A stretch of DNA of 64,000 nt from Okamejei kenojei (lineage: Eukaryota), in assembly GCA_035221665.1 (NCBI GenBank), contig CM069158.1, positions 19,902,001 to 19,966,000 of the forward strand, written 5' to 3'. Below the pieces are notes generated by a model. The model had not been told where the DNA came from, searched no databases, and worked only from the letters and a program-made list of their open reading frames with translations. A program made the position numbers and the translations under genes. This document shows positions 25,698 to 37,160 of this stretch, in pieces. Each line of letters opens with the position of its first letter. Position 1 is the stretch's first letter.

Positions 25698-26494
25698 ATC
25701 TCTGGCTGTAGACCTGTAGAAGAAGAAACATCAAAACCAGCTTTTCTGCATCCATTCAGACAATCCATTAGGAGAATATGAGATAGCTAACCATTGAAGA
25801 CTTACTCCATCTTTCATTTATCACTGCTATGTCCAAGATGACCAGAAGATTAACCAAAGTAAAGTTAACCAAAATGTGGTTCTCAGTTGATTCAACCCTC
25901 AATTTTGTCCAAAAGCCCATGTGCAATGGCACAAAAACAAAACTGTTACCAATTGACTGTCCAAGAATTTTAATTATTTAAAATTTTAACATTCAATCAG
26001 GTTAACATGGTGATTGAATACAAGGAGAGCCCCATTTATTTGCAAGTTGGGGGTGGCAACAGCATTTCCATTCACCTCCACTGACAGATTTGTTAAAAGA
26101 GCAAACCTTTGTATTAAAAAAGTGCTATGAAGTTCATTGCAGGATTTTGACCCAGTGAAGAGAAACTGATACACTGAAGTCATTTGTGACATTGTGCTGT
26201 ATACATCTACAGCCCGTGTCCTTTGTAAAATGTAATGTAGCAATTCTACACCACTACAGGTGGAGGAAGACAGTCAGTGGTAGCACTGAGACAAGGCAGG
26301 ATCACCACAGGCAAACAGGGTGTAGCATTGTGGTTACAAGCCAATTAGGCAACTCATTAAGTGGCAAAGCAACTTACTCGGTCAAAGCAGTTTATGCAAC
26401 TAAAATGTGTGGCATCAAATGTGACATTAGCCAATAACCCTTTCAATTTTGGTTTATTAGCTTCTGGTATGTTGGATTAGTTCACTAGACCAAT

Positions 26495-27135
26495 CATGAA
26501 AGCAAACTCAATGCATTTACTTCAAGAGGGCTTGTATACAAAAAAACAGGGATGTAATGCTGAGGCTCTATGGCACTGGTAAGGCCACATTTGGAATACT
26601 GAGTGATTTTGGGCATCAGATCAGAGGAAGGATGTGCTGGCTCTGACAAGGGTCCAGAGGAGGTTTACAAGAATGATCCCAGGAATGAGTATGCTAACCT
26701 ATGATTGGCATTTGTCAGCACTGGGCCTGTACTCACTGCAGTTTAGAAGAATGAGGGGGACCTCATTGAAACATACAGAATAGTGAAAGGCTTGGATAGT
26801 GGATGTGGAGAGGATGTTTCCACTAGTGGGAGAGTCTAAGACTAGAGGGCATTGCCATAGAATTAAAGGACATTCTTTTAGGAAGGAGATGAGGAGCAAT
26901 AAATTTAGTTGGAGGGTGTTGAACCTGTGGAATTATTTGCCACAGAAGGCTGCAGAGCCCAAGTCAGTGGATATCGTTAAGGCAGAGATAGATAGATTTT
27001 TGATTAGTATGCTAGTCAGAGGTTATGGGAGAAGGCAGGAGATTGGGGTTAGGAGGGAGAGATAGATCAGCCATGATTGAATGGCAAAGTAACTTCATGG
27101 GTCAAATGGGCTAATGTTACTCCTATCCCTTATGA
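26495..27135 (+). mobile_element. CR1 LINE 3' fragment
   Basis: ALVRPHLEY, MFPLVGESKTRGH and VLNLWNYLP motifs plus 3' UTR. Confidence 0.85.
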
Positions 27136-27264
27136 CACAAATAGACTGGCATCTACAGTAAACAGTTGTCCTTTGAAGGTGAAAAGGAGTTTTGCTCTTC
27201 CTTAAGCTAATGAGACAGTTCTGCTTGCCCTCCGGTGCACAATTGGCAAGGAATTGCACATAAT

Positions 27265-29285
27265 ATAACATTAAGGGATTGGGCAGGCTAGATGCAGGAA
27301 AAATGTCCCAATGTCTGGAGGGTTCACAGTTTTAAGAATGGGAAGGCCATTTAGGACTGTTGGCCTTCATAACAAGAGGATTTCAGTATAGGAGTAAAGA
27401 GGTTCTTCTGCAGTTGTATAGGGCTCTGGTGAGACCACATCTGGAGTATTGTGTACAGTTTTGATCTCCTAATTTGAGGAAAGACATCCTTGTGATTGTG
27501 GCAGTGCAGCATAGGTTCATGTAATTGATCCCTGTGATGGCAGGACTGTCATGAGGAAAGATTGAAAAGACTAGGCTTGTATTCACTCGAGTTTAGAAGG
27601 ATGAGGGGATCTTATAGAAACATAAAATTATAAAAGGACTGGACAAGCTAGATGCAGGAAAAATGTTCCCAATGTTGGGTGAGTCCAGAACCAGGGGCCA
27701 GTCTTAGAATAAAGGGAAAGCCATTTAAGACTGAGATGCGAAAAAACTTTTTCACCCAGAGAGTTGTGAAATTGTGGAATTCCCTGCCACAGAGGGCAGT
27801 GGAGGCCAAGTCACTGGATGGATTTAAGAGAGTTAGATAGCGATCTAGGGAATCAAGGGATATGGATAATCCATGGATAACAAGGGAAATCAGGGATAGT
27901 ATAAAAACAAAAGATGAAGCATACAAATTAGCCAGAAAAAGCAGCCTACCTGAGGACTGGGAGAAATTCAGTTGGAAAGCGGTGAAATCATTGGACAAAG
28001 TCAGCATGGATTTATGAAAGGTAAATCATGTCTGACAAATCTTATAGAATTTTTTGAGGATGTAACTAGTAGAGTGGATAAGGGAGAACCTGTGGATGTG
28101 TTATATCTGGACTTTCAGAAGGCTTTCGACAAAGTCCCACATAAGAGATTAGTATACAATCTTAAAGCACACGGTATTGGGGGTTCAGTATTGATATGGA
28201 TAGAGAACTGGCTGGCAGACAGGAAGCAAAGAGTAGGAGTAAACAGGTAATTTTCAGAATGGCAGGCAGTGACTAATGGGGTACTGCAAGGCTCAGTGCT
28301 GGGACCCCAGCTATTTACAATATATATTAATGATCTGGACGAGGGAATTGAATGCAACATCTCCAAGTTTGCGGATGACACGAAGCTGGGGGGCAGTGTT
28401 AGCTGTGAGGAGGATGCTAGGAGGCTGCAAGGCGACTTGGATAGGTTGGGTGAGTGGGCAAATGCATGGCAGATGCAGTATAATGTGGATAAATGTGAGG
28501 TTATCCACTTTTGTGGCAAAAACAGGAGGGTAGACTATTATCTGAATGGTGGCCGATTAGGAAAAGGGGAGATGCAACAAGACCTGGGTGTCATGGTACA
28601 CCAGTCATTGAAAGTAGGTGGCAGGCAGTGAAGAAAGCAAATGGTATGTTAGTATTCATAACGAAAGGATTTGAGTATAGGAGCAGGAAGGTTCTACTGC
28701 AGTTGTACAGGGTTTTGGTGAGACCACACCTGGAGTACTGCATACAGTTTTGGTCTCCAAATCTGAGAAAAGACATTCTTGCCATAGAGGGGGTACAGAG
28801 AAGGTTCACCAGACTGATTCCAGGGATGTCAGGACTTTCATATGAAGAAAGACTGGATAAACTTGGCTTGTACTCGCTAGAATTTAGAAGACTGAGGGGG
28901 GGGATCTTATAGAAACTTACAAAATTCTTAAGGGGTTGGATAGGCTAGATGCAGGAAGATTGTTCCTGATGTTGGGGAGGTCCAGAACAAGGGGTTACAG
29001 TCTAAGTGCCTTTAGGACCAGGATGAGGAAAACATTTTTCGCACAGAGAGTGGCAAGTCTCTGGAATTCTCTGCCACAGAAGGTAGTTGAGGCCAGTTCA
29101 TTGGCTCTATTTAAGAGGGAGTTAGATGTGGCCCTTGTGGCTAAAGGGATCAGCAGGTATGCAGAGAAGGCAGGTACAGGATACTGGGTTGGATGATCAG
29201 CCATGATCATATGGAATGCTAGTGCAGGCTCAAAGGGCCGAATGGCCTCCTCCTGCACCTATTTTCTATGTTTCCATGTTTCTAG
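27265..29285 (+). mobile_element. Composite CR1 (HER1-like) LINE cluster with a disrupted reverse transcriptase
   Basis: QHGFMKGKSCLTNL, YLDFQKAFDKVPH, GVLQGSVLGP, FADD, LVRPHLEYC; stop at 28248-28250 and frameshifts; tail TTTCTATGTTTCCATGTTTCTA. A further tail fragment lies at ~29290-29500. Confidence 0.92.
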
Positions 29286-29799
29286 GACTGTGATGAAGAA
29301 AAACCATTTTCACCCAGAAGGGTGAAGGCAGTGGAGGCCAATTCACTGGATGCTCAAGAGAGTTAGATTTAGTTCTTAGGGGTAACAGAATCAAGAGATA
29401 TGAGGGAAAAGCAGGAACAGGGAAAAGATGTTGGATGTTCAGCCACAATCATATGGAATGGCAGTGCTGGCTCAAAGGGCCAAATGGCCTACTCCTGTAC
29501 GTATTCTCCACATTGCTATACAATTTCAAAGTAACCATCTTCTTTGCGACAATGAAATTGCTTTGAATACAAAATTTACCTAATACCATTTTCCTCACCT
29601 GCCTAACAATTAGCACTAATTTTAAAAAAAAGATCGTTGAAACAATTAGATCTATTGTCTATAACACACGATTCAATGCAACCAACACGAAATATACCAG
29701 AGTAGATGCTGGATAAAGGGTGGAGATAACAAAGTAGAGGAGTAACGTTCACCTTCCGAATTTTAAACCAGCTGCTCAGCCCCCGCAACCCAATCTCAG

Positions 29800-30280
29800 G
29801 TAAGAGTAGGGCGGTGGAGTCCAACAGCGGCCGGAAATATATCTTTCAGCAGGAGAAACGAACTGCACTTAAGATAAGACGAAGACACAGCACGGAGTAG
29901 AGGTGCATAGTGCAGCGAGTCAGTAAACTGGTCGCAACGTGTTCCCCGAACAAGTCATGCTATACTTACAACACAGACGTGCTTAAGCGAGCAAATGTCA
30001 ACTCCCTCCCTCTCCAGTAAGCGACCACACCTAGTTCCAGCGGCTTGCAGGTGTTCCAGCTTTTATATTTCACGCCATTTACCAGGGGCGGGCCCGCAGG
30101 GGTCTGAGTCCAATGGGATGCTTGGGTCGGCAGGTGACCCAGGGAGCGCTGCCCATCGCCAGTCGGATCCGGGCCTGTGGGGCTAAAGCCGGGAGATAAC
30201 TGAGGTGAGTTCCCGGTATTGGGAGACCAGCATGGACTTTCGCCGACTCACAAACGCCGAATCCAAGTTTCCGCCTGGAA
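29800..30280. promoter_or_regulatory. CpG-rich putative promoter and first non-coding exon of the cystinosin-like gene
   Basis: Local CpG enrichment; GC boxes (GGGCGG at ~29809 and ~30085); minus-strand donor GTAAGT at 29969-29964. Confidence 0.5.
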
Positions 30281-32494
30281 CATTGACTACACAGTGTAAT
30301 GTCACTGGCTTCTGCACATACATGTATTGGCTTTTTGGAGTGGTCCCCTTACCACTGATGGTTCATCTGGTCGCGCCTCCATATTTTATGCCCATTGAGA
30401 ACGTGACCCAGGGGTACGTTTTGAGAAGATGGTCTTTCCGTACAACTTCCTTCCAGGTGTATAATCCATTCACCGCGAGATAAACTACAAGAAAACAAAA
30501 GCCCGTAGAATTCTATAGTAACATAGAAACATAGAAAATTGGTGTAGGAGGAGGCCATTCAGCCCTTCGAGCCAGCACCGCCATTCATTGTGATCATGGC
30601 TGATCATCCCCAATCAATATTCCAATAACTCAATTCCCATTCCTCTTTCTCTCCAAAGGCCCCCACATCCCCACCAGTGTATTAAAATACGTCGGACCTT
30701 TATACCATTGCGAACTATGTCTTCCGTTTTGTATAACATCGTTGCATTGGGCACGACTGTTGGTTTAATGTTCATTCCATTCAGACACTTTCACTAACAC
30801 AGGATACCAACTTTGTCAGCATGACCAAGTTGAGCCGAAAGGCCTGATGTTATGCAGTATAGCTCTGTGACTCGATGTCAGCTCCGTCCTGCTTACTCTC
30901 GCCTTCAAGCAGCGAAGTGTACTGGATATTGATGCTGACATATGTTGAAGCGTGAGAGAAAGGCGTGGTGGGTAGTGAACGGGGCAGGTGAGCGGTGGGT
31001 GGTGGGCAGACGTTGATGAGCCCAGGAGGTCCGAGAAGCGGCGCCCTGTGCACGGTATGGGTGGGGATGTTACTGAGCACCAATAATATCACCGAGATCC
31101 AAGGAAAGGGGAAAGGACAGAGCAACTCCCCTCTACCAGATGAAGACCAGTAGCCTACACATTGTAGGACGGGAGATGCATGTCACCAGCCTGATCATTC
31201 GCATTGTGAACAGGGGCGAGTTCGCCACTGGGGATTCTGATGGGCCATTTTTGTCACGCATCTTCAGAGATTTACAATATAGTAAATGTGGAGGCGATTT
31301 TCTCGGGTGTGAAGCCGTGGTGCGGCTCAATTAGTGCAACTTTCTCGTCGGAACAGTTAACAGGAATGTTCTTGTTCAAATCCCGGGGATTTTACCCTAT
31401 TCACTGCAGTGACATGGCGGTGGGAATACCCTTGCGGGAGATGTTCGTGGTGGCCGTATCTGTGGAGGCCAGCATGAGGTGTGAAGGGCGGTGAAGACCA
31501 CCACATGAAGATAATAGCCAAGATGCAGGACAGGGACAAACAGTTGGCGGTAGTTTGGCGGAGGATGGGGAGGGAAGGGGGGGTCGTGTGGACAGTCGTG
31601 TGGATTCCCTGACCAAAGGCAATGTTGGTTGTGCCCAGGGGAAAGGAGTTCAGAAGCGGATGATACCACACCGCCGGCTCTTCAGTGTGTTTGTTCAACA
31701 GCGGCACCATCTCGCAACTTCAACTAGAACCCCCAATATTAACATGGATCCATAGGTCACCTACTACTGTACCTGCAAATACACATAATTTCCACAATGT
31801 GCCTAAATGTTACAAAACTAATCAAACCAACGGAGATACAAGAAATTGCAGATGCAGGAATCTTGAGCAAAACACTGGAGGAACTCAATGAGTCAGGCAG
31901 CATCTACGGATTCAGAACCTGAAGGAGGGACACGAACCAAAATGTAGTCTGAACATTTCCTCCACCGATGCTGCCCGACCCGCTGCGTTCCTCCACCACT
32001 TGTGTTTTGCAAAATGTACTTAATTTATTCTAAAGGCTTCACACTTTGTTGTCCTTGAGCACAAGATGTTGGAGTACCTCAGCGGGACAGGCAGCATCTC
32101 TGGAGAGAATGAATGGGTGACGTCTCGGGTCGAGACCCTTCTTCCTTATCCTTGAGCAAACCCTACTTCACATCACACCTCAACCGCGGCTCCATTCCGT
32201 ACTTTCCCCTTTACACAACGGTGCCTTCAGAAACTTGGGTAGTCATCGCTCTGGGTCTTGTCTCTCTGGGTGAACGCCGTGTCCAGGCTATACTATAGTG
32301 TATGAAGTACTTCAGGAGGCATGGAATGTCAGTGTTTTAAACCAAGTCCATATTGCAACATGATTTTATCTCACTGTGTCCCGCTCTCTGATGCTAGTCA
32401 GACCACTGTATCATCGAGTACACCAAAGAACTGCAGGTGCCAGTTAATACACAAAAGGGCACAAAGTGGTGGAGTAACTCAACAGGTCAGACGC

Positions 32495-32925
32495 TCTTCT
32501 TCGGCCCCCTTCGGTCGTGGCTGACCATGAGTGTCTCCAGGGTGCTATTCCCTATCTGGATAGCGCCTGTGCGTGACTTTGTTTAACGTGGGGAGACTGG
32601 TGCACAGACAGCCACCCCACGGTCCTTGACAGATCTGCTTCAGGATCCAGTGGCATGGAGTCCAAGACGGCCGGAGACCCTTTTATGCTGCAGCCTTCAT
32701 CCGCCTTCCCAGCCGTTGTGACGCTCCACTAAGGTCAGCCATCGTCCTCCGCCTGCTCCACCCTTGAGGTCTTGGTTGGATTGCTCTTTGTCACAGACCT
32801 CCCCCTCGACCTTACCGCCTATGGGTGGCCCAACCAAGAGCATGGCTCCAGACGGCATCGCTCTCAGGAGCTCAAGACCACACAAGCTTCTCCACCACGA
32901 CAAGGTGACAATCCACGGAGAAGAA
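32495..32925 (+). mobile_element. RTE-related short interspersed element (tentative)
   Basis: 3' portion ...GCATCGCTCTCAGG...CAAGCTTCTCCACCACGACAAGGTG resembles RTE-associated SINE sequences as recalled; it sits between two Penelope-type repeat halves. Confidence 0.4.
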
Positions 32926-33116
32926 CAGGCCAGACAGCCTCTCTGATAAAGATGATAAAGATGGAGACTCGGCGAGCATCTCCAGAGATACTGCCTGACC
33001 TGCTGCGTTACTCCAGCACTTCGTGTCTTTCACTGTATTATTGAGTCACGCAGACAGACACAGAACTTCCCTCCCTCCCTGGATTCCTGACTCCATCCTC
33101 TGGGATCTCGCTGATC

Positions 33117-33285
33117 ATAGAAACATAGAAAATAGGTGCAGGAGTAGGCCATTGGCCCTTCAAGCCTGCACCGCCATTCAATATGATCATGGCTGATCAT
33201 CCAACTCGGTATCCTGTACCTGCCCTCTCCATACCCCCTGATGCCTTTAGCCACAAGGGCCACATCTAACTCCCTCTTAAATATA
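33117..33285 (-). mobile_element. CR1 3' tail
   Basis: CATAGAAA repeats plus IFKRELDVALVAKGIRGYG on the minus strand. A similar tail lies at 30515-30620. Confidence 0.8.
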
Positions 33286-33750
33286 TCGTCAAGCATTCAC
33301 CCCATTGTCCTACATTGATCCCATTTTTTATTCTCCCAACATACCCATCCCGGATTTATACTGTTATACTTCACAACCGGGGCAATTTACAGAACCAATT
33401 AAGATAAGATAAATGCGATCAATAAGATCACCCTTTATAAATAATAATAATCTTCAATAAGATCACCTCCGTTCTCCTCAACTCCAAAGAGTTGAACTCT
33501 AATTTATTCAGTCGTTTGTGACAGGACAACGCTTTCATCGCGGGCATTAGCCGCTATTGGAGTGACGGGAATGAGGGGAGGGAGGGGGAGGCAGGTGGGA
33601 CAAGGCTGTGGGACGGGAGCGCCGGGCGTCTGACGGACCGATCCGCCTCTGTGGATGAGCGGGAGCCGGAGACAGTGCGGCGTCTCCGCCCGCCCGCACC
33701 CGCCCGCCGCGACGTGCAATCTGGTCGACGTTGCATATGCCGCCTCGACC

Positions 33751-34239
33751 ATGGCAACTGCCGCATCGCAGCCGTGGCCGGGCGACGAGCCCACCTGCCC
33801 CATCTGCCTGCAGGTGTACGCCGACCCGGTGGTGCTGGCCTGCAAGCACCGCTTCTGCCGCTCGTGCCTGGCCGAGGCGGCGGCCGGCCGCTGCCCCGAG
33901 TGCCGGGCGCTGGAGTCCGGGAGCGGAGCCGCCGCCGGCCCCGTGCTCTGCAGCTACTGCAGCCGCAACAGGCAAGCTGCCGTCAAGACGTGCCTCAAGT
34001 GCGAGGCCTCCATGTGCCCGCTTCACCTCAAGCTGCACACGGGCAGCGGCGTGTTCCGCAGCCACCCGCTGGTCGACACGGCCGCCGACCTGTCCGCCTG
34101 GAAGTGCGCCGAGCATGAGAAGCTGCTGGACGTGTACTGCAGGGACGACGGCGTGTGTGTCTGCACCCTCTGCACGCTGATCGGCCGCCACCGCGGCCAC
34201 CGCTGCGGCAGCATCGGCGAGGGCGAGCGGGAGCTGCGG
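33751..34239 (+). CDS. TRIM E3 ligase (TRIM16/25/47/finTRIM-like), exon 1: RING, B-box1, B-box2
   Basis: Kozak gaccATGG; C3HC4 RING CPIC..CKHRFCRSC..CPEC; B-box1 CSYC..AVKTCLKCEASMCPLHLKLH..H; B-box2 CAEH..C..D..CVC..C..H..H; donor GTAAGG. Confidence 0.92.
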
Positions 34240-34345
34240 GTAAGGCCCACGCCGCGACCCCGTCCCCTCCCCTCCCCTCCTCTCCGCACCGCACCCCTCC
34301 CATCGCCGGCCAGCCGCGCTCACCCGCCGCCCGCCTCCCTTGCAG

Positions 34346-34441
34346 GGCCAGTTGTACCGACACCTCAAGACCATCGAGCGCAACAGCGCGTCCGTGCAGG
34401 CGGCCCTGAGCGACCTCCACACGCAGAAGCTCAACACGCAG
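34346..34441 (+). CDS. TRIM exon 2 (96 nt, coiled coil)
   Basis: GQLYRHLKTIERNSASVQAALSDLHTQKLNTQ; the classic 96-nt phase-0 TRIM exon; donor GTGAGT. Confidence 0.9.
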
Positions 34442-36386
34442 GTGAGTCTCGCCCCCCCCCCCCCCGCCGGGCAGGATATGTCGGGGGGCAGAGGGCGAAG
34501 CGGGGGTGAGACCAGGAGGGGCGGCTGAGGGCAAGCACGCTGTGGTTGGTGCCGTCTGCATCGAAGATCCCATAGCTTTTGGTCTGCCATAGATTCATCG
34601 CCATGCCTTTGACGACGTCTCGCTAGGCAGGCTGGTCGGTGAAGGGAAACCATGGGATTTAACGATCCAAGGTGGGAAAACTCAGCGGGTCAGACAGAAT
34701 CTGTGGAGGCGGAGGAGTGGTCGGCGTTTCGGGTCAAGATCCCGCAATAGACGAAGACGATCAGTTGCAGATGCTGGATTCTACATCAGGTGCTGCCTGA
34801 CCCGCAGAGTTCCTCCAGTGGTGTTTTTTGGCTTCTGGAGCCTATCGAGTCTCAGGTTAGATCCAAAATTAGGCGAGTGGCAGGAAGGAGAGGCAATGTT
34901 GCGGGATATAGATCTGATAGGGTTGTAGTGGGAACCCCCGGCTCCGTGCTCAGTCCCTTTCTCTATATTATATAAACAGTATTAATGTAGGGGCATGATA
35001 AAGATGTCTATAGATAAAACAAACACTGGCCGCTTGGGTGACAATAATGGCCTTGCAGCCAGTTGGGCAGACACAAGAAACTGCAGACGCTGAAATCTTG
35101 AGTAAAACGCAAAGTACTGGAGGAACTCACGTAGAGCAGGCAGCATCTGGGGGGGGGGGGGGCGGGGGATGGACAAGTGACATTTTGAGTCAGGACTCTT
35201 CCTTAGACGATAGGAATAAGGGGGAGAGGAGAGAAAGCTGGAAAAAAGGCAAATGGAATTTAATCCAGGAATGTGTGAGGTGATGTATTTAGAGATGTGC
35301 AACAAGGCAAGTAAATATACACTAAATGGGAGGGGAGCCAACAGTGTGAAACAGTGTATGCTGCTCAACCTTGTACAAATAAAGATACCACTGTGGGAGC
35401 AGGCTTGTGAATCTTCACTTCAATCCCACTTCACCGTTTGAATGCAGGGGGGAGGAAGTGTTACTGTAATTGCATGGAGCTTTGGTATGACTTTTTCTGG
35501 AGCTGTGTGCACAAGTTTGTCTCCCTACCTAAGAAAGGATGTACTTGCCATTGAAGGAGAGAAGTGAAGATTGACTAGATTGGTTCCAGGCATATGAAGA
35601 GATCCAGTAGATTAGATCTGCATTCTCTATATGATGAGTCAAGGATGCCCAGAAGCTAGCGGGAATGTTTCACCAGTTTCTGGAGGCTTTGAGAACATTC
35701 TTGAGTATTTTTCTCTCTCTGCTTAACCATCTCTTGCAGTGACATGGCCCAGAGTGGAGTGTCAAGTTTGGAAATATGTTGTCCAGCATGTGAACAATGT
35801 GGTCTGCCCATCAGAGGCAACTGGGTGTGATTAAAGCCTCAATGCTGGGGACAGTGGTTGGTTCATCCATCTCTCCAATGGATTTGGATGACTTTAACAG
35901 CATACAAAATGGACATAGAAGCAATAGGATGTTCACTAGCTCATGGCTGTTTAACATTGAATACAATCATGGTTGACCTTTTATCTAGGTCTGCCTTTTT
36001 TCCATTAACCAAATGACACACACACAAGCACACACATGCAACCCAATGACTGGTTTGGTGACCTTGATTCTGGAGCAGAGGCAATGTAGTTTGAAGAGTT
36101 TCCCATTTGTCTTGTTCCATTCCTGCAGGTAGTGAAGTGCAACACTGCAGTGAAAAACATTGGGAAAAATGAAATTGCTTCCATTAACCGCCCCATTTCA
36201 TGTTACCGCTTATCCCTTTGATGTCCCTTTGGTGACTCAAGGAAAGAGTTTTCAAATGAAATGCTTTAAGATTCACACTGGGGATATGACCATCATCAAA
36301 GGTAGTTCAGAACGCATTGTCATCAACATTACTGCTACCGAGGTTAAACTGGTAGAAAATTCTCTTTTCCTTCAGTTTAATTTTGC

Positions 36387-36692
36387 TTAGTTTAGAGATA
36401 CAGCATGGAATCCTTTAGCCCACCGAGTCCACAGCAACCATTGATCACCTGCTCACAGCAATTCTATGTATCCCATTTTCTCATCCACTCCTTACACACA
36501 AGGGGCAAAATGCAGAGGCTAATTGACCTACAATTCTGCATGTCTTTGGGAAGTGGGAGGAAACTGGAGAACCTGGAAGAAAACCCAAGCAGTCACAGAG
36601 AGAACATGCAAACTCCACAGAGACAGCATCTGAGGTCAAGATCGCATCTGGGTGTCTGGTCTTGTGAGGCAGCAACTCTATCAGTTACACCA
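36387..36692 (-). mobile_element. tRNA-derived SINE
   Basis: Same family as 2303 and 58089; TTAGTTTAG tail. Confidence 0.65.
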
Positions 36693-36926
36693 CAGTTCAT
36701 CACCAGTAAATCAGTTCAAACAGAAATATGAATCACTTCTAGAATGGTCAATTTTTGCGACTTTGCGACACGATTGAGACAGTCATCCAAAGGGCTTAAT
36801 TCGTTAAATTGTGCATTGTTTTACCTGGTTTTTAATTTTTCAATTACATTACTAAAAGCCTAATATGATATTTGCCTACAGTACAATTATCTACAAATTA
36901 ATAACCAGAGCTAACTCCTCTCTAAG

Positions 36927-37160
36927 AGTCTGATAACAGAAACTAAAAGGGAAGTCAAGGAGAAGTACGATGAATTGAGGAAACACATTGAGAATGAAGA
37001 GCGCGATGTTTTCCTGTGTCTCGATAAGGAGCAGAGCCGGGTGATCGCAGCAATTGACATTCAGATCTGCAAGCTGGAAAAGGAAATTAAATTCTTTGAG
37101 ATGTGCCTGGTTAATTTTAATGACCTTTCACAGAAGACTGAAAAGCTTTCATTTATTCAG
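36927..37160 (+). CDS. TRIM exon 3 (234 nt, coiled coil)
   Basis: SLITETKREVKEKYDELRKHIENEERDVF...KLSFIQ; phase 0-0; AG/GT boundaries. Confidence 0.88.

Larger units (their letters stand above)
33510..34760. promoter_or_regulatory. CpG island over the TRIM promoter and exons 1-2
   Basis: Very GC- and CpG-rich relative to the flanks. Confidence 0.8.

Noticed and set aside
30850-31760. SHPK pseudogene as the divergent partner of the cystinosin-like gene
   Set aside because: No FGGY-kinase motif such as GIDLGTT in the frames I read.
33547-34653. 368-aa minus-strand ORF and other overlapping ORFs
   Set aside because: Antisense or off-frame shadows of the GC-rich TRIM exons.
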